Shown here one piece after another: positions 21,176 through 32,571 of a DNA stretch of 64,000 bases (its first letter is position 1; the number at the start of each line of letters is the position of its first letter). Source of the DNA: an uncultured Prochlorococcus sp. (GTDB taxonomy: Bacteria; Cyanobacteriota; Cyanobacteriia; PCC-6307; Cyanobiaceae); contig CACNYU010000001.1 of assembly GCA_902624785.1 (NCBI GenBank), positions 18,737 through 82,736 of the forward strand, read 5' to 3'. Both the position numbers and the translations under genes were made by a program. The notes beneath the pieces are model-generated. The model was not told the origin of the DNA and did no database searches. It worked only from the letters and a program-made list of their open reading frames with translations.

Positions 21176-21555
21176 TAGATACCTTTAATAATTCTCAATC
21201 TAGTTTTAACACTAATGAAATCCAATTCAAAGGATATCTCTATAATAATTATCAATTTAAATTAAATTATATTAAATTAAATTAGAAATTAACTGATTTA
21301 AATAAAATAATATGTCTTTGACGAATAGAATTTTTTACTTCCTAATTCAACAAATCATTTTATAAAGAATTATTTAAGTTCAAAAATAGCTATTGATTTC
21401 AAAGAAGTGATGCATATTCTTTTTAGAATTTATCTATAATCCTAAATCAAATTCATTTTGATGAATAATTATATTGAAATTATATATAAAAATATTATTT
21501 CTTTTCTTTATTTTTTTAAGATGTTTTTTAAAAATAAATTAATTATATTTATTAC

Positions 21556-22497
21556 ATGAAAGAAGAAATTTTATTCCCAGAAATAGAACCCTTAGAAAAA
21601 GGTTTTTTGGAAGTTAGCACTATTCATACTATTTATTGGGAGAGATCTGGAAATCCCAATGGAAAGAAAATTTTAATAATACATGGAGGACCTGGAGGAG
21701 GAAGTCAGCCAAGATACAGAAGATACTTTAATCCTGAAAAATTCGATATTATCCAGTTTGATCAGAGAGGCTGTGGACTATCAAAACCTTTTTCAGAATT
21801 AAAAGAAAATACTACAATTGAATTAATAAAAGATATTGAAAAACTAAGAGAAAAGTTAAAAATAGAAAAATGGCATTTATTTGGTGGTTCTTGGGGCTCT
21901 ACCCTCTCATTGATTTATGCGATAGAAAATCCAACAAGAGTATTAAGCCTTACGCTAAGAGGAATATTCTTATGTAGAAATTTCGAACTTTTGTGGTTTT
22001 ATCAATATGGAGCGAGTGAAATTTTTCCAGATGAGTATGAAAAATATATTTCAGTCATACCTGAAACTTCAAGAGATGATTTAATTAAAGCATTTTATGA
22101 ATATTTAACCTCAGAAAATATTGAATTAAGAAAAAAAGCCTCTATGGCATGGACTAGATGGGAATTATCAACAAGTCATTTATATAAAAAAGAAATAACG
22201 ATGAATCCAAATGCGGAGAACAGCTTTTCAGATGCTTTTGCCAGAATTGAATGTCATTATTTTATTAATAATATATTTTTAGATGATAATTTCATTCTTG
22301 ATAATATTAATAAGATAGAACTTATTCCAACAACTATCATTCAAGGCAGATATGATGTTGTCTGTCCTGTGAGAAGTGCATGGGACTTACAAAAAAAACT
22401 CAAAAACTCTAAACTAATAATTGTTCCTGATTCTGGTCATTCAATGAGCGAAAAAGGTATCACAAAAGAATTAATAGAGTCTACAAATAATTTATAA
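21556..22497 (+). CDS. pip: Proline iminopeptidase
   Basis: HGGPGGG, FDQRGCG, GGSWGS, QGRYD and GHS catalytic motifs. Confidence 0.95.
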   Translation: MKEEILFPEIEPLEKGFLEVSTIHTIYWERSGNPNGKKILIIHGGPGGGSQPRYRRYFNPEKFDIIQFDQRGCGLSKPFSELKENTTIELIKDIEKLREKLKIEKWHLFGGSWGSTLSLIYAIENPTRVLSLTLRGIFLCRNFELLWFYQYGASEIFPDEYEKYISVIPETSRDDLIKAFYEYLTSENIELRKKASMAWTRWELSTSHLYKKEITMNPNAENSFSDAFARIECHYFINNIFLDDNFILDNINKIELIPTTIIQGRYDVVCPVRSAWDLQKKLKNSKLIIVPDSGHSMSEKGITKELIESTNNL

Positions 22498-22598
22498 AGA
22501 CTATATTTTTACTAATAATAAAAAAGAGTACTTTATTGATTATTAATTTATTTAGATAAATTACTTATTTACTCCAGAAAAAAGTTGGAGTTAAATAT

Positions 22599-22799
22599 GT
22601 GAAATTATCAATAACAATGAATCAAAGTGAAGAATTGGGTCTAAAACTCCAAAAAGTTAAACTAGCGATTGCTGAAGTTAATGATTGTCGTTTTGACACT
22701 GAAAAGCAAAAAATGTTAAAACTAAAAGCTTTAAACAAGATTAAAGAAGCAATACTTCTTAAAGGTAGAGAATTAAATAAATATAATAAAGCAGCTTAA
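22599..22799 (+). CDS. Small hypothetical protein
   Basis: Helical ORF, probably starting at MNQSEE; ends -KAA. Confidence 0.5.
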   Translation: MKLSITMNQSEELGLKLQKVKLAIAEVNDCRFDTEKQKMLKLKALNKIKEAILLKGRELNKYNKAA

Positions 22800-22933
22800 A
22801 TTTTGAAATTTTTGAAAATTAAAGTCTTTACTAAGATTAATAAGAGAGCATACAAAAAAACCTAAAAGTTATGAAATTATAGGCATAACTTTTAAGTTTA
22901 AAAACTTATTTTATATATGAAATTAGACAGAAA

Positions 22934-23074
22934 TTAAACGATCCCTGGAATTATTTGACCAGTAGTAACATATGCTCCAACTAAGGCTATAACTCCTAAA
23001 AGAGCAAATCTACCATTTAGTTTTTCAGCTGTTATTTTTTGTGGGTCAATGTTTCTTTTTGCATTGTTTTCCAT
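22934..23074 (-). CDS. hli: High-light-inducible protein (46 aa)
   Basis: MENNAKRNIDPQKITAEKLNGRFALLGVIALVGAYVTTGQIIPGIV: ExxNGR plus TGQIIPG motif. Confidence 0.92.
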   Translation of the reverse strand: MENNAKRNIDPQKITAEKLNGRFALLGVIALVGAYVTTGQIIPGIV

Positions 23075-23191
23075 CTAGAACCACCCTGGAATAAGTTGAC
23101 CAGTTACTAAATAAGTACCTAAAAGTAGCATGAAGCCCATCATTGCTGGACGTCCAATAGCTCTGTCTAAAATGTCTTTGTTTGAATCCAT
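23075..23191 (-). CDS. hli: High-light-inducible protein, degenerate chlorophyll motif (38 aa)
   Basis: MDSNKDILDRAIGRPAMMGFMLLLGTYLVTGQLIPGWF. Confidence 0.85.
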   Translation of the reverse strand: MDSNKDILDRAIGRPAMMGFMLLLGTYLVTGQLIPGWF

Positions 23192-23206
23192 TTAATGAGA
23201 AATGTG

Positions 23207-23246
23207 TATGTAAAGAAATATAACTGAATATATTAACATTTGTAAA
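23207..23246 (-). promoter_or_regulatory. HLR1 (RpaB)-like direct repeats upstream of hli pair
   Basis: Minus strand TTTACAAA-tg-TTAATATA and GTTATATT-tc-TTTACATA. Confidence 0.5.
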
Positions 23247-23399
23247 GCATAAAAATATATTTCAGGAAATTCTGACGTAATAGTATCTCATTGTACCAAC
23301 AATGTGAACAAATAGTATCAAATCTGTGCCTAAATGCGCCTTTTTAAAACTTTTTAAAAATTTAAGTCTATTATCAACGCGAAATTAGATGTTTCTAAT

Positions 23400-24965
23400 T
23401 TATTGAGGTAATTTTTTTATTCTGGCAAATTCTTTCAATGCAAGTTTAGGTGCTGTCCATAATGTAGAAATTATTAATGGTGTTACTGGCACTGCTGTAA
23501 TAACAATAAAAGATTGAAGAGCATCTATACTCGTCTGATCTCCAACCCCAGAACCAATTCTTAAAAGAGCAATTGTAAGGAATCCAATCATTAAGGCCCA
23601 AAATAATCTTATTTTTCTCGGAGGAGTTTCTTTCCCGCTAACGACAATAGCAGCAGCATAACTAATCGAATCAGCACTAGTACACATAAATAAAATTATC
23701 AGCAATATTGAAATTGGTATTAAGATCAGAGAGAGAGGAAGCTGGCTTAAAATAGAAAACAGAACTCCTGCAGCCCCACCCCTTGCATATTCTTCAGAAA
23801 TTACTCCAGGTTGACTTAACTCAAGAAATATACCGTTACCACCTAATATGTTGAACCATAAGTTAGTAACAAATGGGCAAACTATACATACAACTAATAT
23901 TAATTCTCTAAATGTTCTGCCTTTACTAACACCAGCAGTAAATAGTCCCATGAGGGGAGCATAACCCAAAAACCATGCCCAATAAAATATAGTCCAACCT
24001 TTAACCCAAGAATCATCAAAACTTGGGAGAGCCAATTCTTTTAATTTACTTAAATAAAGGAAATTACTGCTAATAAAATGTTGTGAAAGCCATAAAGTAG
24101 GTCCAATTATTAGAAGAAGAGAACCTAAAACAATAGTTAACCAAATATTAATTTCTGAAAGAAATTTTATTCCTTTTTGAATTCCACTTAATGTTGAAAT
24201 AGTAAATATTAAAGTTAGAGAAATAACTATAAAAGTTTGCAAGAATGCATTATCTGTTAAAAAAGATAATTTAGCTGCAGCATTACTTAATTGTAAGGAC
24301 AGGAAACCAAGTGGTCCCACAGTTCCAGCTATAGCTGCAACAACTGAAATTCCGTCTGCGAAATCACCCAGAAGTCCATCAACAATTGACTTTGGAAATA
24401 TTGGAATCAAGAGACTTCTTGGTCTTAATGGAAAACCATTTTGGGAAAGTAAAGAAAAGGTAATTGTTACTGTTGTCGCAACTAATGCCCATGCAAGAAA
24501 TCCCCAATGAAGAAAACTAACAGATAAAGCTGGATCTACAGCCTGAGCAGTTCCTCCCGTTATATTTGAAAAATAACTTGCAGGATTTAAAAAATGTATT
24601 AAAGGTTCAGCCGCTGACCAAAATACTCCTCCTCCCGCTAATAAAGTACAAATAAGTACAGCACACCAGTCAAAAAACTTTAATGAAGGTTTTGCATCTT
24701 CCCCTCCAATTTTCAATGATCCAATTGGAGAAAATCCTAAAAAGAATGCCAGGATAGATATTCCCACTACCATTAGAAGCCAAATAGAACCTAAATTTGA
24801 TATCGAAAGATCTTTTAATAAATTTGTAATATATTTTGCCCATTCAATATTAATAGATGAAATTAACAAAAAAATAATTAAAGGCAAACCTCCGATAATT
24901 AATGATCTACTCCTCAAAGATTCGTCTTTAAAGAATGTAACTATTAACTGATTGATTTTTTTCAT
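23400..24965 (-). CDS. BCCT family transporter (betaine/carnitine/choline)
   Basis: GGVFWSAAEPL, FLHWG and WTIFYWAWFLGYAPLMGLF motifs. Confidence 0.92.
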   Translation of the reverse strand: MKKINQLIVTFFKDESLRSRSLIIGGLPLIIFLLISSINIEWAKYITNLLKDLSISNLGSIWLLMVVGISILAFFLGFSPIGSLKIGGEDAKPSLKFFDWCAVLICTLLAGGGVFWSAAEPLIHFLNPASYFSNITGGTAQAVDPALSVSFLHWGFLAWALVATTVTITFSLLSQNGFPLRPRSLLIPIFPKSIVDGLLGDFADGISVVAAIAGTVGPLGFLSLQLSNAAAKLSFLTDNAFLQTFIVISLTLIFTISTLSGIQKGIKFLSEINIWLTIVLGSLLLIIGPTLWLSQHFISSNFLYLSKLKELALPSFDDSWVKGWTIFYWAWFLGYAPLMGLFTAGVSKGRTFRELILVVCIVCPFVTNLWFNILGGNGIFLELSQPGVISEEYARGGAAGVLFSILSQLPLSLILIPISILLIILFMCTSADSISYAAAIVVSGKETPPRKIRLFWALMIGFLTIALLRIGSGVGDQTSIDALQSFIVITAVPVTPLIISTLWTAPKLALKEFARIKKLPQ

Positions 24966-25040
24966 TGAGATACTTTATTTAGTTGTTTAGATAATTTTTT
25001 AAATATAAAACTAATTAATACATGAAAATAAGTTTTAAAT

Positions 25041-25289
25041 TTACTTTAATGAAGGCTCATAAACAGCTCCATTGCATACTCCTACAGCTAATGATTGCTT
25101 TGCTGATAAAGTCCAATCTTCCAAAGACTCTTCCTTTTCATTAATCCATTTCATAGTATTATCAAAACAAATATTCCACCTGTAAGCCTTTTTGGCCAAA
25201 GGTAACATAGAAATTGTTATCAAAACCAAAGCGGTTGTAGATGTTATTACGCAGTATTTAATAATACTTGGACCTTTATTGGGACTCAT
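25041..25289 (-). CDS. Small membrane-anchored protein with AVxxCNG motif
   Basis: PLAKKAYRWNIC...AVGVCNG; similar to 14713. Confidence 0.6.
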   Translation of the reverse strand: MSPNKGPSIIKYCVITSTTALVLITISMLPLAKKAYRWNICFDNTMKWINEKEESLEDWTLSAKQSLAVGVCNGAVYEPSLK

Positions 25290-25535
25290 TAATTCTTTTA
25301 AATTTAATCATAAATTAACCTAAATTAACCCATAAATAAATCTAAAAGTATAAAAATATACCTAATTTTATAAATAGTATCTATCAATCTTTTTAATATT
25401 GATTCCACTAGAAAATAAATCAGTTTTTATATCTTTTTAAAATAATTTTGACTTCAACAATTAGCTTTAACAAATAATTATCCTGTTTTGAAATGATTAG
25501 AAAAATAATTTTTAGAATGAAAATTAAAAATAAAA

Positions 25536-25760
25536 TTATGCCGCAATATTTGCTTCATCATTTTTAGGAACACGTATCCTTTCCTCTAATTTAGGTCCAT
25601 ATAATTCATTTCCCCATATTTCAATTCTTGCATCATATGGGGCCATAAAGGTAAAAGTTTCCAATGGAAATAAAACTCTTTCGAGAAAAAACTTAGACGG
25701 ACCAATACATCTTAGAACTACCATTCTGCTTCCTTTATTTTTATAGGAAAATTTAAACAT
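25536..25760 (-). CDS. DUF1830 domain protein
   Basis: YKN..SRMVVLRC and FLERVLFP.E...F.AP motifs. Confidence 0.8.
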   Translation of the reverse strand: MFKFSYKNKGSRMVVLRCIGPSKFFLERVLFPLETFTFMAPYDARIEIWGNELYGPKLEERIRVPKNDEANIAA

Positions 25761-26000
25761 CTGAAATCTTAATTTTTAATATTAAAATATATTTTTTAAA
25801 TCAAATAATGTATTCAAATTTACCTAGAGAAAAATTCTTATGAAATATTAAATATTAATTTTTTAATTACCTTATTTTAGAACACTTTAAAATTTATTTA
25901 CTCTTAATTTTTAAGATATTTTAAAAAGTATCTTTAAATAATTTTCACTATTGTGAATAATTATAAGATATATTTTTTTTGAAGAAACCATATTTAATTA

Positions 26001-26162
26001 CTAGATGATATGTTCTTCTTTAATAAAGATAATTGAATTACATTTATAATCATCAACAATCCATTCTTTATATTCTTCAAATATCGAAAATTTATCTAGA
26101 CCATGAAGAATTCGCATTCTTCTAAAAGCATGCAAAAGGGCAAGATAAGGAGTATCAATCAT
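26001..26162 (-). CDS. Small hypothetical protein (53 aa, not in track)
   Basis: MIDTPYLALLHAFRRMRILHGLDKFSIFEEYKEWIVDDYKCNSIIFIKEEHII. Confidence 0.45.
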   Translation of the reverse strand: MIDTPYLALLHAFRRMRILHGLDKFSIFEEYKEWIVDDYKCNSIIFIKEEHII

Positions 26163-26240
26163 CTTTGAAGTTGTTATTAAATTTATTTACAATAATTTAC
26201 TAAAAAATTTTTTTAGTATTTAAAACTACAATTTTTACTC

Positions 26241-26396
26241 TTAAAATTTTAACCAATGAAAAATTATTCTATCTAACAACCAAAATGTTAAACCACCTTC
26301 AAGAAAGGCAAGCCAGTACATTCCATAGTCTGATAAACCCATTTGCTCTTTAACCGTTCTAATGATATTTTTATGAGCTTTTATTAATTCTTTCAT
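26241..26396 (-). CDS. Small hypothetical protein (51 aa, not in track)
   Basis: MKELIKAHKNIIRTVKEQMGLSDYGMYWLAFLEGGLTFWLLDRIIFHWLKF. Confidence 0.6.
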   Translation of the reverse strand: MKELIKAHKNIIRTVKEQMGLSDYGMYWLAFLEGGLTFWLLDRIIFHWLKF

Positions 26397-26592
26397 ATTT
26401 ATGAAGATATTATTTTTTTACTTTAGCCTAAATAGGATATTTTAAAAATCTTAAATAAATTACCTCAATCATTTCATAAAAAAACTATTTATTTATCAAA
26501 TTTCCTTTTAAACTAGAAATTATATATTAGAAATACATTTAATATAAAAACTTTAGTTAATAATTTTCTCTAATTAAATTTTTAGATTTTAC

Positions 26593-26616
26593 AAAAAAAG
26601 AGGGCTTCATGCCCTC
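26593..26616 (-). terminator. Rho-independent terminator
   Basis: GAGGGC-atgaa-GCCCTC followed by a T-run on minus. Confidence 0.7.
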
Positions 26617-26806
26617 AATGTTTTTAGATTAGCTGTCAACTTTGATTTGCGTTACTGGTGTTTAAACCAATCATTAAATTCTGTGGTGGACTTTCGATCA
26701 TCTCTAACCCCTCCATATTAATAAGTCAAATTTATTTCGCTTAGATCCATAAGTAAATCTGTAAATATACTGATTTATATTCTCTGAATCACCAAACTAT
26801 TTTTAA

Positions 26807-27082
26807 TTACCATTTTGGTTCTGTAACTTGCCAGCCTGATGTAATTAAATATTGGTATTCAATCCTAGCATCTTCAATTTTAATTTCCTTTCTTGTTTTC
26901 ATAAGCGGTGGTTTCTCTCCCAGAGATCCAACAACAATTCCGCTATCAATAAACATATATTCTGATAGCTTGTCTTTATTATTTTTATTTTTTATAAATC
27001 TACGTACCTCAGTCCAGTTTGGACATATCAGCCATGCTTCATTATTAACCTTCCTAGAGGTTTTATCCATATATTTCCTCAA
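26807..27082 (-). CDS. DUF1651 domain protein
   Basis: WL..P, F..N, PPLMKTR..A and L...GWQ..EPKW pattern. Confidence 0.75.
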   Translation of the reverse strand: MRKYMDKTSRKVNNEAWLICPNWTEVRRFIKNKNNKDKLSEYMFIDSGIVVGSLGEKPPLMKTRKEIKIEDARIEYQYLITSGWQVTEPKW

Positions 27083-27338
27083 GATCTAATAGTTCTTTTA
27101 TTGAAATTTTATTTTCATCACTTTGTTTGCATGAATGAATACTTTTACATGCATCAATAATTTCTAATATTCTAAAATTAATTTCTGTTTCCAACTTAAA
27201 AATATATTGATATTAATTATCTTATATCAGTTTTCTATTCAAATTTTAAATAAGTTTAGATTTATATAGATAATCCATAAGATTGGAAATCATCCAAAAA
27301 ATTTAAATCTTATTATAAATTAAGCCCAGTAAAAATAT

Positions 27339-29048
27339 TTACAGCAGAAAATATCTTTGAGACATTGGAACTTCATTTAGGGGTTCGCAAGTGAGGAGTT
27401 CTCCATCTGCAAAAACTTCATAAGTCTGGGGATCTACCGATAAAGCAGGTAATTTATTATTGAGTTTTAAATTTTGTTTTCCTATAGATCTAGTATTTTT
27501 TACGGCAACACATCTTTTTTGTAAACCAAGCTGCTTCGGGATATCAAGTTCAATAGCATTTTTACTTAAAAAAAGATATGAACTATTGATCTTTGATAAG
27601 CCATAATTGGCAAACATAGGTCTTCCATATACTGGTCCTGGAGTAGGTATTGAAGCATTTGCATCTCCCATTTGAGCCCATACAATAGAACCATTCTTAA
27701 CAACAATTTCTGGTTTTACACCAAAGAATGCTGGTTTCCATAAAACCAAATCTGCTAATTTACCTTTTTCAATAGAACCTACATACTCATCTAAGCCATG
27801 AGCAATGGCTGGGTTTATAGTTACTTTTGAGATATATCTTTTAACTCGAAAATTATCATTTCTTTCTGAATCTTCTTGTAAAAATCCTCTTTGTAATTTC
27901 ATCTTATGGGCTGTCTGAAATGTTCTTGTTATAACTTCGCCTACTCTCCCCATAGCTTGAGAATCACTTGCAATTATCGAAAATGCACCAATATCATGCA
28001 GAATGTCTTCAGCCGCTATAGTCTCTCTTCTAATTCTAGATTCAGCGAAAGCTATATCCTCGGGGATTTTTGAATCTAAATGATGACAAACCATAAGCAT
28101 ATCCAAATGTTCTTCAAGTGTATTTTTTGTATAAGGGCGAGTTGGATTAGTACTACTTGGTAGGATATTCTTCTCTCCGCAAATTTTTATGATATCTGGA
28201 GCATGACCTCCTCCTGCACCCTCAGTATGAAAAGTATGAATGGTTCTACCAGATATAGAATTTATAGTATCTTCAACAAAACCGGCTTCATTTAAAGTAT
28301 CAGTGTGGATACATACTTGAACATCGTATAAATCAGCAACATTTAAACAGGAGTTTATCGTCGCTGGTGTAGTACCCCAATCTTCATGTAATTTTAATCC
28401 ACATGCTCCTGCATTAACTTGATCAACAAGATTCTTTTCATTCGTAGAGTTACCTTTTCCAAAGAAGCCTAAATTCACAGGAAAAGCCTCTGCAGATTGA
28501 AGCATTCTACCTATATGAAAAGATCCTGGTGTACATGTTGTGGCATTAGTTCCTGTTGCAGGACCTGTACCTCCACCAAGCATTGTAGTTATACCAGATG
28601 CTAATGCCGTTTCTATTTGCTGAGGGCATATAAAATGTATATGAGTATCAATTGATCCGGCTGTTAATATATGGCCCTCTCCTGCAATCACCTCTGTTGA
28701 GGCTCCTATAATTATGTCAACATTATCTTGTATATCTGGATTACCTGCTTTACCAATATTTGAGATATTTCCATCTTTGATTCCAATATCTGCTTTTACA
28801 ATTCCCCACCAATCAACAATTAGAGCATTAGTTATAACTGTATCAACAGCACCATCATCTCTAGAAATCTGTGACTGCCCCATACCGTCTCTGATAACCT
28901 TACCGCCTCCAAATTTAACTTCGTCTCCATAAGAGGTAAAATCTTTTTCAACCTCAATTATTAACTGAGTATCAGCAAGTCTTACTCTATCTCCAGTTGT
29001 AGGACCATAAGTTTGAGAATATGTTTTTTTATCTATCTTATAAGCCAT
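27339..29048 (-). CDS. ureC: Urease alpha subunit
   Basis: Ni-site motifs [33 protein letters not shown] and SDSQAMG. Confidence 0.99.
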   Translation of the reverse strand: MAYKIDKKTYSQTYGPTTGDRVRLADTQLIIEVEKDFTSYGDEVKFGGGKVIRDGMGQSQISRDDGAVDTVITNALIVDWWGIVKADIGIKDGNISNIGKAGNPDIQDNVDIIIGASTEVIAGEGHILTAGSIDTHIHFICPQQIETALASGITTMLGGGTGPATGTNATTCTPGSFHIGRMLQSAEAFPVNLGFFGKGNSTNEKNLVDQVNAGACGLKLHEDWGTTPATINSCLNVADLYDVQVCIHTDTLNEAGFVEDTINSISGRTIHTFHTEGAGGGHAPDIIKICGEKNILPSSTNPTRPYTKNTLEEHLDMLMVCHHLDSKIPEDIAFAESRIRRETIAAEDILHDIGAFSIIASDSQAMGRVGEVITRTFQTAHKMKLQRGFLQEDSERNDNFRVKRYISKVTINPAIAHGLDEYVGSIEKGKLADLVLWKPAFFGVKPEIVVKNGSIVWAQMGDANASIPTPGPVYGRPMFANYGLSKINSSYLFLSKNAIELDIPKQLGLQKRCVAVKNTRSIGKQNLKLNNKLPALSVDPQTYEVFADGELLTCEPLNEVPMSQRYFLL

Positions 29049-29051
29049 AAT

Positions 29052-29372
29052 TTAAATTTTTAACGAGCCATTTATCAGATTATTAAAACCGTATACATTT
29101 CTCAAACCACAATAAGGAACAAGTTTTACTTCAGTTGTATCACCAGGCTCAAATCTAATAGAAGTTCCTGCAGGAATATCTAAACGCATACCTAATGCTC
29201 TATCTCTATCAAAATCGAGGAATTTGTTCGTTTCATAGAAATGAAAATGTGATCCAACTTGAATTGGCCTATCACCTAAATTAGATACAATTAAATTTTT
29301 CGATTCTTTTGAACTATTTAGCTCTATGAATCCTTCCTCAGAAATTATTTCTCCAGGTATTAAATATTTCAT
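29052..29372 (-). CDS. ureB: Urease beta subunit
   Basis: [13 protein letters not shown] and [10 protein letters not shown] motifs. Confidence 0.98.
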   Translation of the reverse strand: MKYLIPGEIISEEGFIELNSSKESKNLIVSNLGDRPIQVGSHFHFYETNKFLDFDRDRALGMRLDIPAGTSIRFEPGDTTEVKLVPYCGLRNVYGFNNLINGSLKI

Positions 29373-29374
29373 AA

Positions 29375-29677
29375 TTAATTTATTGGATTATGGATTGTAA
29401 CTAATTTGGTTCCATCAGGAAACATTGCTTCTATTTGTACCTCGTTAACCATTTCAGGAATTCCTTCCATAACTTGATCTCTAGAGAGCCAATTATTACC
29501 TTCAGACATTAATTCACTTACACTTTTGCCATCTCTTGCGCCCTCAAGAACTTGAAAGCTTAAGAAAGCAACTGCTTCTGGATAATTTAATTTTAAACCT
29601 CTATTCAATCTTCTTTCAGCAAGTTGCGCTGCTGAAAATATTAATAATTTATCTTTTTCTTGTGGAGTTAGATGCAT
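29375..29677 (-). CDS. ureA: Urease gamma subunit
   Basis: [11 protein letters not shown] and [13 protein letters not shown] motifs. Confidence 0.98.
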   Translation of the reverse strand: MHLTPQEKDKLLIFSAAQLAERRLNRGLKLNYPEAVAFLSFQVLEGARDGKSVSELMSEGNNWLSRDQVMEGIPEMVNEVQIEAMFPDGTKLVTIHNPIN

Positions 29678-29728
29678 TTATTTAAAGTATTATTTAATTA
29701 ATTTTTAAAATGTTACTGGTGAACATAA

Positions 29729-30646
29729 TTAATAATTAATCGCATCCTGTAATGGCCAGACCCCTTCATATTTTGGCTTTAAAAAACCACTTGATTTTCT
29801 AAATTGAAGCCAAATCCAAAAGAAATTTTGTCTAGCTTCCTGAGTAGATGACCCCAGAAATCTCACTGATATTCCATTTTCTAATAGACCAAAAGAAAGA
29901 TTATTTTTTTTACCCCTAAAATAATCTTTGATTAAAATAAAAATTTCTTCCAATTTCTCCTGGGAGAAATTTTTGTTACATATCCAAATTAATGATCCAA
30001 AAACAGGCATGTAGTCCATACCACTTTTTGATTCAAAGACATTTTTATTTAATTCAATCTGATCAATAAATTCCCAATCATCGAATAAATGATTTTCCCT
30101 TTTTATTTTTAATTTTGATTTAAAGATGCCTTTTTCTATAGATTCTCCTTTTGAGCTTCTACCAAGCCTTACTAAATCACAATAAACAAAACTTGAATTA
30201 TTTTTCAATTCAACTTTTGTTTCTTGGAAAAATAAACCATTTGCAAAAATAATAGTTTCTTGAGGAAGATATTCCAAATGACTATTTTCGCCTAAATAGA
30301 AATTATTTTTCTGTAAAGTATATTTCCCCCATGGTTGTATCAATGACCTTCCAATTGAACCATAAACCTTCTGGGCCGAAGATGAAGTTATTAAAACTTT
30401 TGTATTTTCTTTTGTAATTACATCAAGATTTAACTTATCCCCTCCAACTAATCCTCCAGCAGTGTGTAAAAGAGGGACAATACATCTCCCTTCAAAATCA
30501 TGTTTTGATTTTATAAGCTTAAAAGGAGCTGAAAATTTAGAATTTAAAATGGTCTTATTGTTTTCGCTATCAAGAGAATTATTATTAGAAAATGTAAGAT
30601 AACAATTTCCTTCCCAGCATGAATCAGAATTGTTCTTCATATTCAT
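29729..30646 (-). CDS. ureD: Urease accessory protein UreD
   Basis: [11 protein letters not shown] and LEYLPQETI motifs. Confidence 0.95.
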   Translation of the reverse strand: MNMKNNSDSCWEGNCYLTFSNNNSLDSENNKTILNSKFSAPFKLIKSKHDFEGRCIVPLLHTAGGLVGGDKLNLDVITKENTKVLITSSSAQKVYGSIGRSLIQPWGKYTLQKNNFYLGENSHLEYLPQETIIFANGLFFQETKVELKNNSSFVYCDLVRLGRSSKGESIEKGIFKSKLKIKRENHLFDDWEFIDQIELNKNVFESKSGMDYMPVFGSLIWICNKNFSQEKLEEIFILIKDYFRGKKNNLSFGLLENGISVRFLGSSTQEARQNFFWIWLQFRKSSGFLKPKYEGVWPLQDAINY

Positions 30647-30682
30647 ATTCTTTTTCTTTTAAGTTAATAAATTTTTAATTTT

Positions 30683-31132
30683 ATGGAAATAAATAAAAAG
30701 TTAATTGTCATTGATTGGGTAAAAAATAAAAATGTTAAAGGAAGAATACTGAATTTGACATTATGCTCTGAACAAAGAAAGATTCTTCGAGGAAGAAAAT
30801 TCTCTGATTGCAATAAAGAATTATTTTTACAACTTCCTAGAGAAGGGATAATTAATGATGGAGATATCTTTAGAACAAATCAAGAAAATATTTTTATCTG
30901 TGTAAAAGCAAGGATAGAAAATCTTTTTCAAATATATATATCTTCGAAATTAAATATGCTCAAGCTCACATATCACCTTGGTAATAGGCATGTAAGAATG
31001 GAAATTAATGATAATTATTTATTTGTAAAAGAGGATCATGTAATTAAAAATCTTTTAGAAAGTTTTGATGCAGAAATTAAATTAGTAAATAAAAAGTTTT
31101 TCCCCGAAATTGGAGCTTTTTATCATGACTAA
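30683..31132 (+). CDS. ureE: Urease accessory protein UreE
   Basis: YHLGNRH and FFPE.GA motifs; no His-rich tail. Confidence 0.95.
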   Translation: MEINKKLIVIDWVKNKNVKGRILNLTLCSEQRKILRGRKFSDCNKELFLQLPREGIINDGDIFRTNQENIFICVKARIENLFQIYISSKLNMLKLTYHLGNRHVRMEINDNYLFVKEDHVIKNLLESFDAEIKLVNKKFFPEIGAFYHD

Positions 31133-31811
31133 AAATAATTTATTTAAATATCAATTAATAAGTCCTAATTTACCTGTAGGTGGATTTTGTTATTCGGAAG
31201 GAATGGAATCTTTTTTACAAAAGAAAAATCTAAAAACTGATGAATCAATTAAAAATCTTTTATTAGATGAATTACATTTTGGTCAAATAAGAATAGAGGC
31301 AAATAGTCTTATAAAATTTTCTGATCTTTATAAAAAGTTATTTTATAAGAAAGAATGTGAAAAACTAAAAAGTGAAATTCTTAGCCTAAATAAATTTATT
31401 ATTGCTGGCAGAGATTCTAAAGCGATTAGAGATCAACAAAATCAAATGGGGAAATCTCTCCTAGATTTATCAAAAAACTTAGGCGCTGAATTTCCCTTTG
31501 ATCTTCAAAATTTGGTTACATGGCCATTAGCATGGAGTTGGGTTTGCTATTCATTTAATATTGAAAATATAGAAATGGTTGAGAATTTTATATATAATTG
31601 GACTTCAAATCAACTTAGTGCCGCCATGAGATTAATTCCCCTTGGCTCAACTAAAGCTCAAATAATTCAATATGAATTATTAGAAATAATTAATAAGATT
31701 TCCCAAGAGATTATTAATAAAAATATTAATGATATTTATGTTGGTAATGTTGGTTTATCAATGGCTCAACAAAATCATAATGATCTTTACACAAAACTTT
31801 TTAGAAATTAA
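31125..31811 (+). CDS. ureF: Urease accessory protein UreF
   Basis: [16 protein letters not shown] and H..LYTKLFRN motifs; ATG at 31125 overlaps the end of ureE. Confidence 0.95.
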   Translation: MTKNNLFKYQLISPNLPVGGFCYSEGMESFLQKKNLKTDESIKNLLLDELHFGQIRIEANSLIKFSDLYKKLFYKKECEKLKSEILSLNKFIIAGRDSKAIRDQQNQMGKSLLDLSKNLGAEFPFDLQNLVTWPLAWSWVCYSFNIENIEMVENFIYNWTSNQLSAAMRLIPLGSTKAQIIQYELLEIINKISQEIINKNINDIYVGNVGLSMAQQNHNDLYTKLFRN

Positions 31812-32413
31812 TGACTAGCAAATTACGTGTTGGAGTTGCTGGACCTGTTGGATCAGGTAAAACAGCATTACTTGCCATTTTATGTAAAAGGTTAAAGGAT
31901 AATTTTGAAATTGCTGTTGTAACGAATGATATATATACACAAGAAGATGCAGATTTTCTTATAAAGAAAGATATTCTTGAAAAAGGAAGAATAGTTGGTG
32001 TAGAGACTGGAGGTTGCCCTCATACAGCTATTCGAGAAGACTGTTCACTTAATAAAAACGCAGTTATAGAACTTGAAAAGAAATACCATCCTTTGGATTT
32101 TATTTTCGTGGAAAGTGGTGGTGATAATCTTGCTGCAAGTTTTAGTCCTGAATTAGTGGATATTTGTATTTATGTAATAGATGTATCTGCTGGCGATAAG
32201 ATACCAAGAAAAGGTGGTCCTGGTATAACAAGATCAGATTTACTAATAATCAATAAAATTGACTTATCAAAAATGGTTGGTGCAAATTTAGAAATAATGA
32301 AAAATGATACGAATAAAATGAGAGGCTCAATGCCTTGGTTTTTTACAAATTTAAAAAACTCTGAAGGAGTCGATTTAGTAATAGATTATCTATTAAATCA
32401 AATTCCAAAATAA
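31811..32413 (+). CDS. ureG: Urease accessory GTPase UreG
   Basis: [15 protein letters not shown] and NKID motifs. Confidence 0.98.
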   Translation: MTSKLRVGVAGPVGSGKTALLAILCKRLKDNFEIAVVTNDIYTQEDADFLIKKDILEKGRIVGVETGGCPHTAIREDCSLNKNAVIELEKKYHPLDFIFVESGGDNLAASFSPELVDICIYVIDVSAGDKIPRKGGPGITRSDLLIINKIDLSKMVGANLEIMKNDTNKMRGSMPWFFTNLKNSEGVDLVIDYLLNQIPK

Positions 32414-32571
32414 ATAATAATTTTAAATATCAAAATTTTAAATGTATTAATAATGTATTTATTTATACTTTTTTAATAATTGAATTTAAATTGATATACA
32501 TTTCTCTAATCAAGTTAAATACATAATTATCTTTATAAAGTAACAAATAAGCTTTATTATTTTATGATTAA

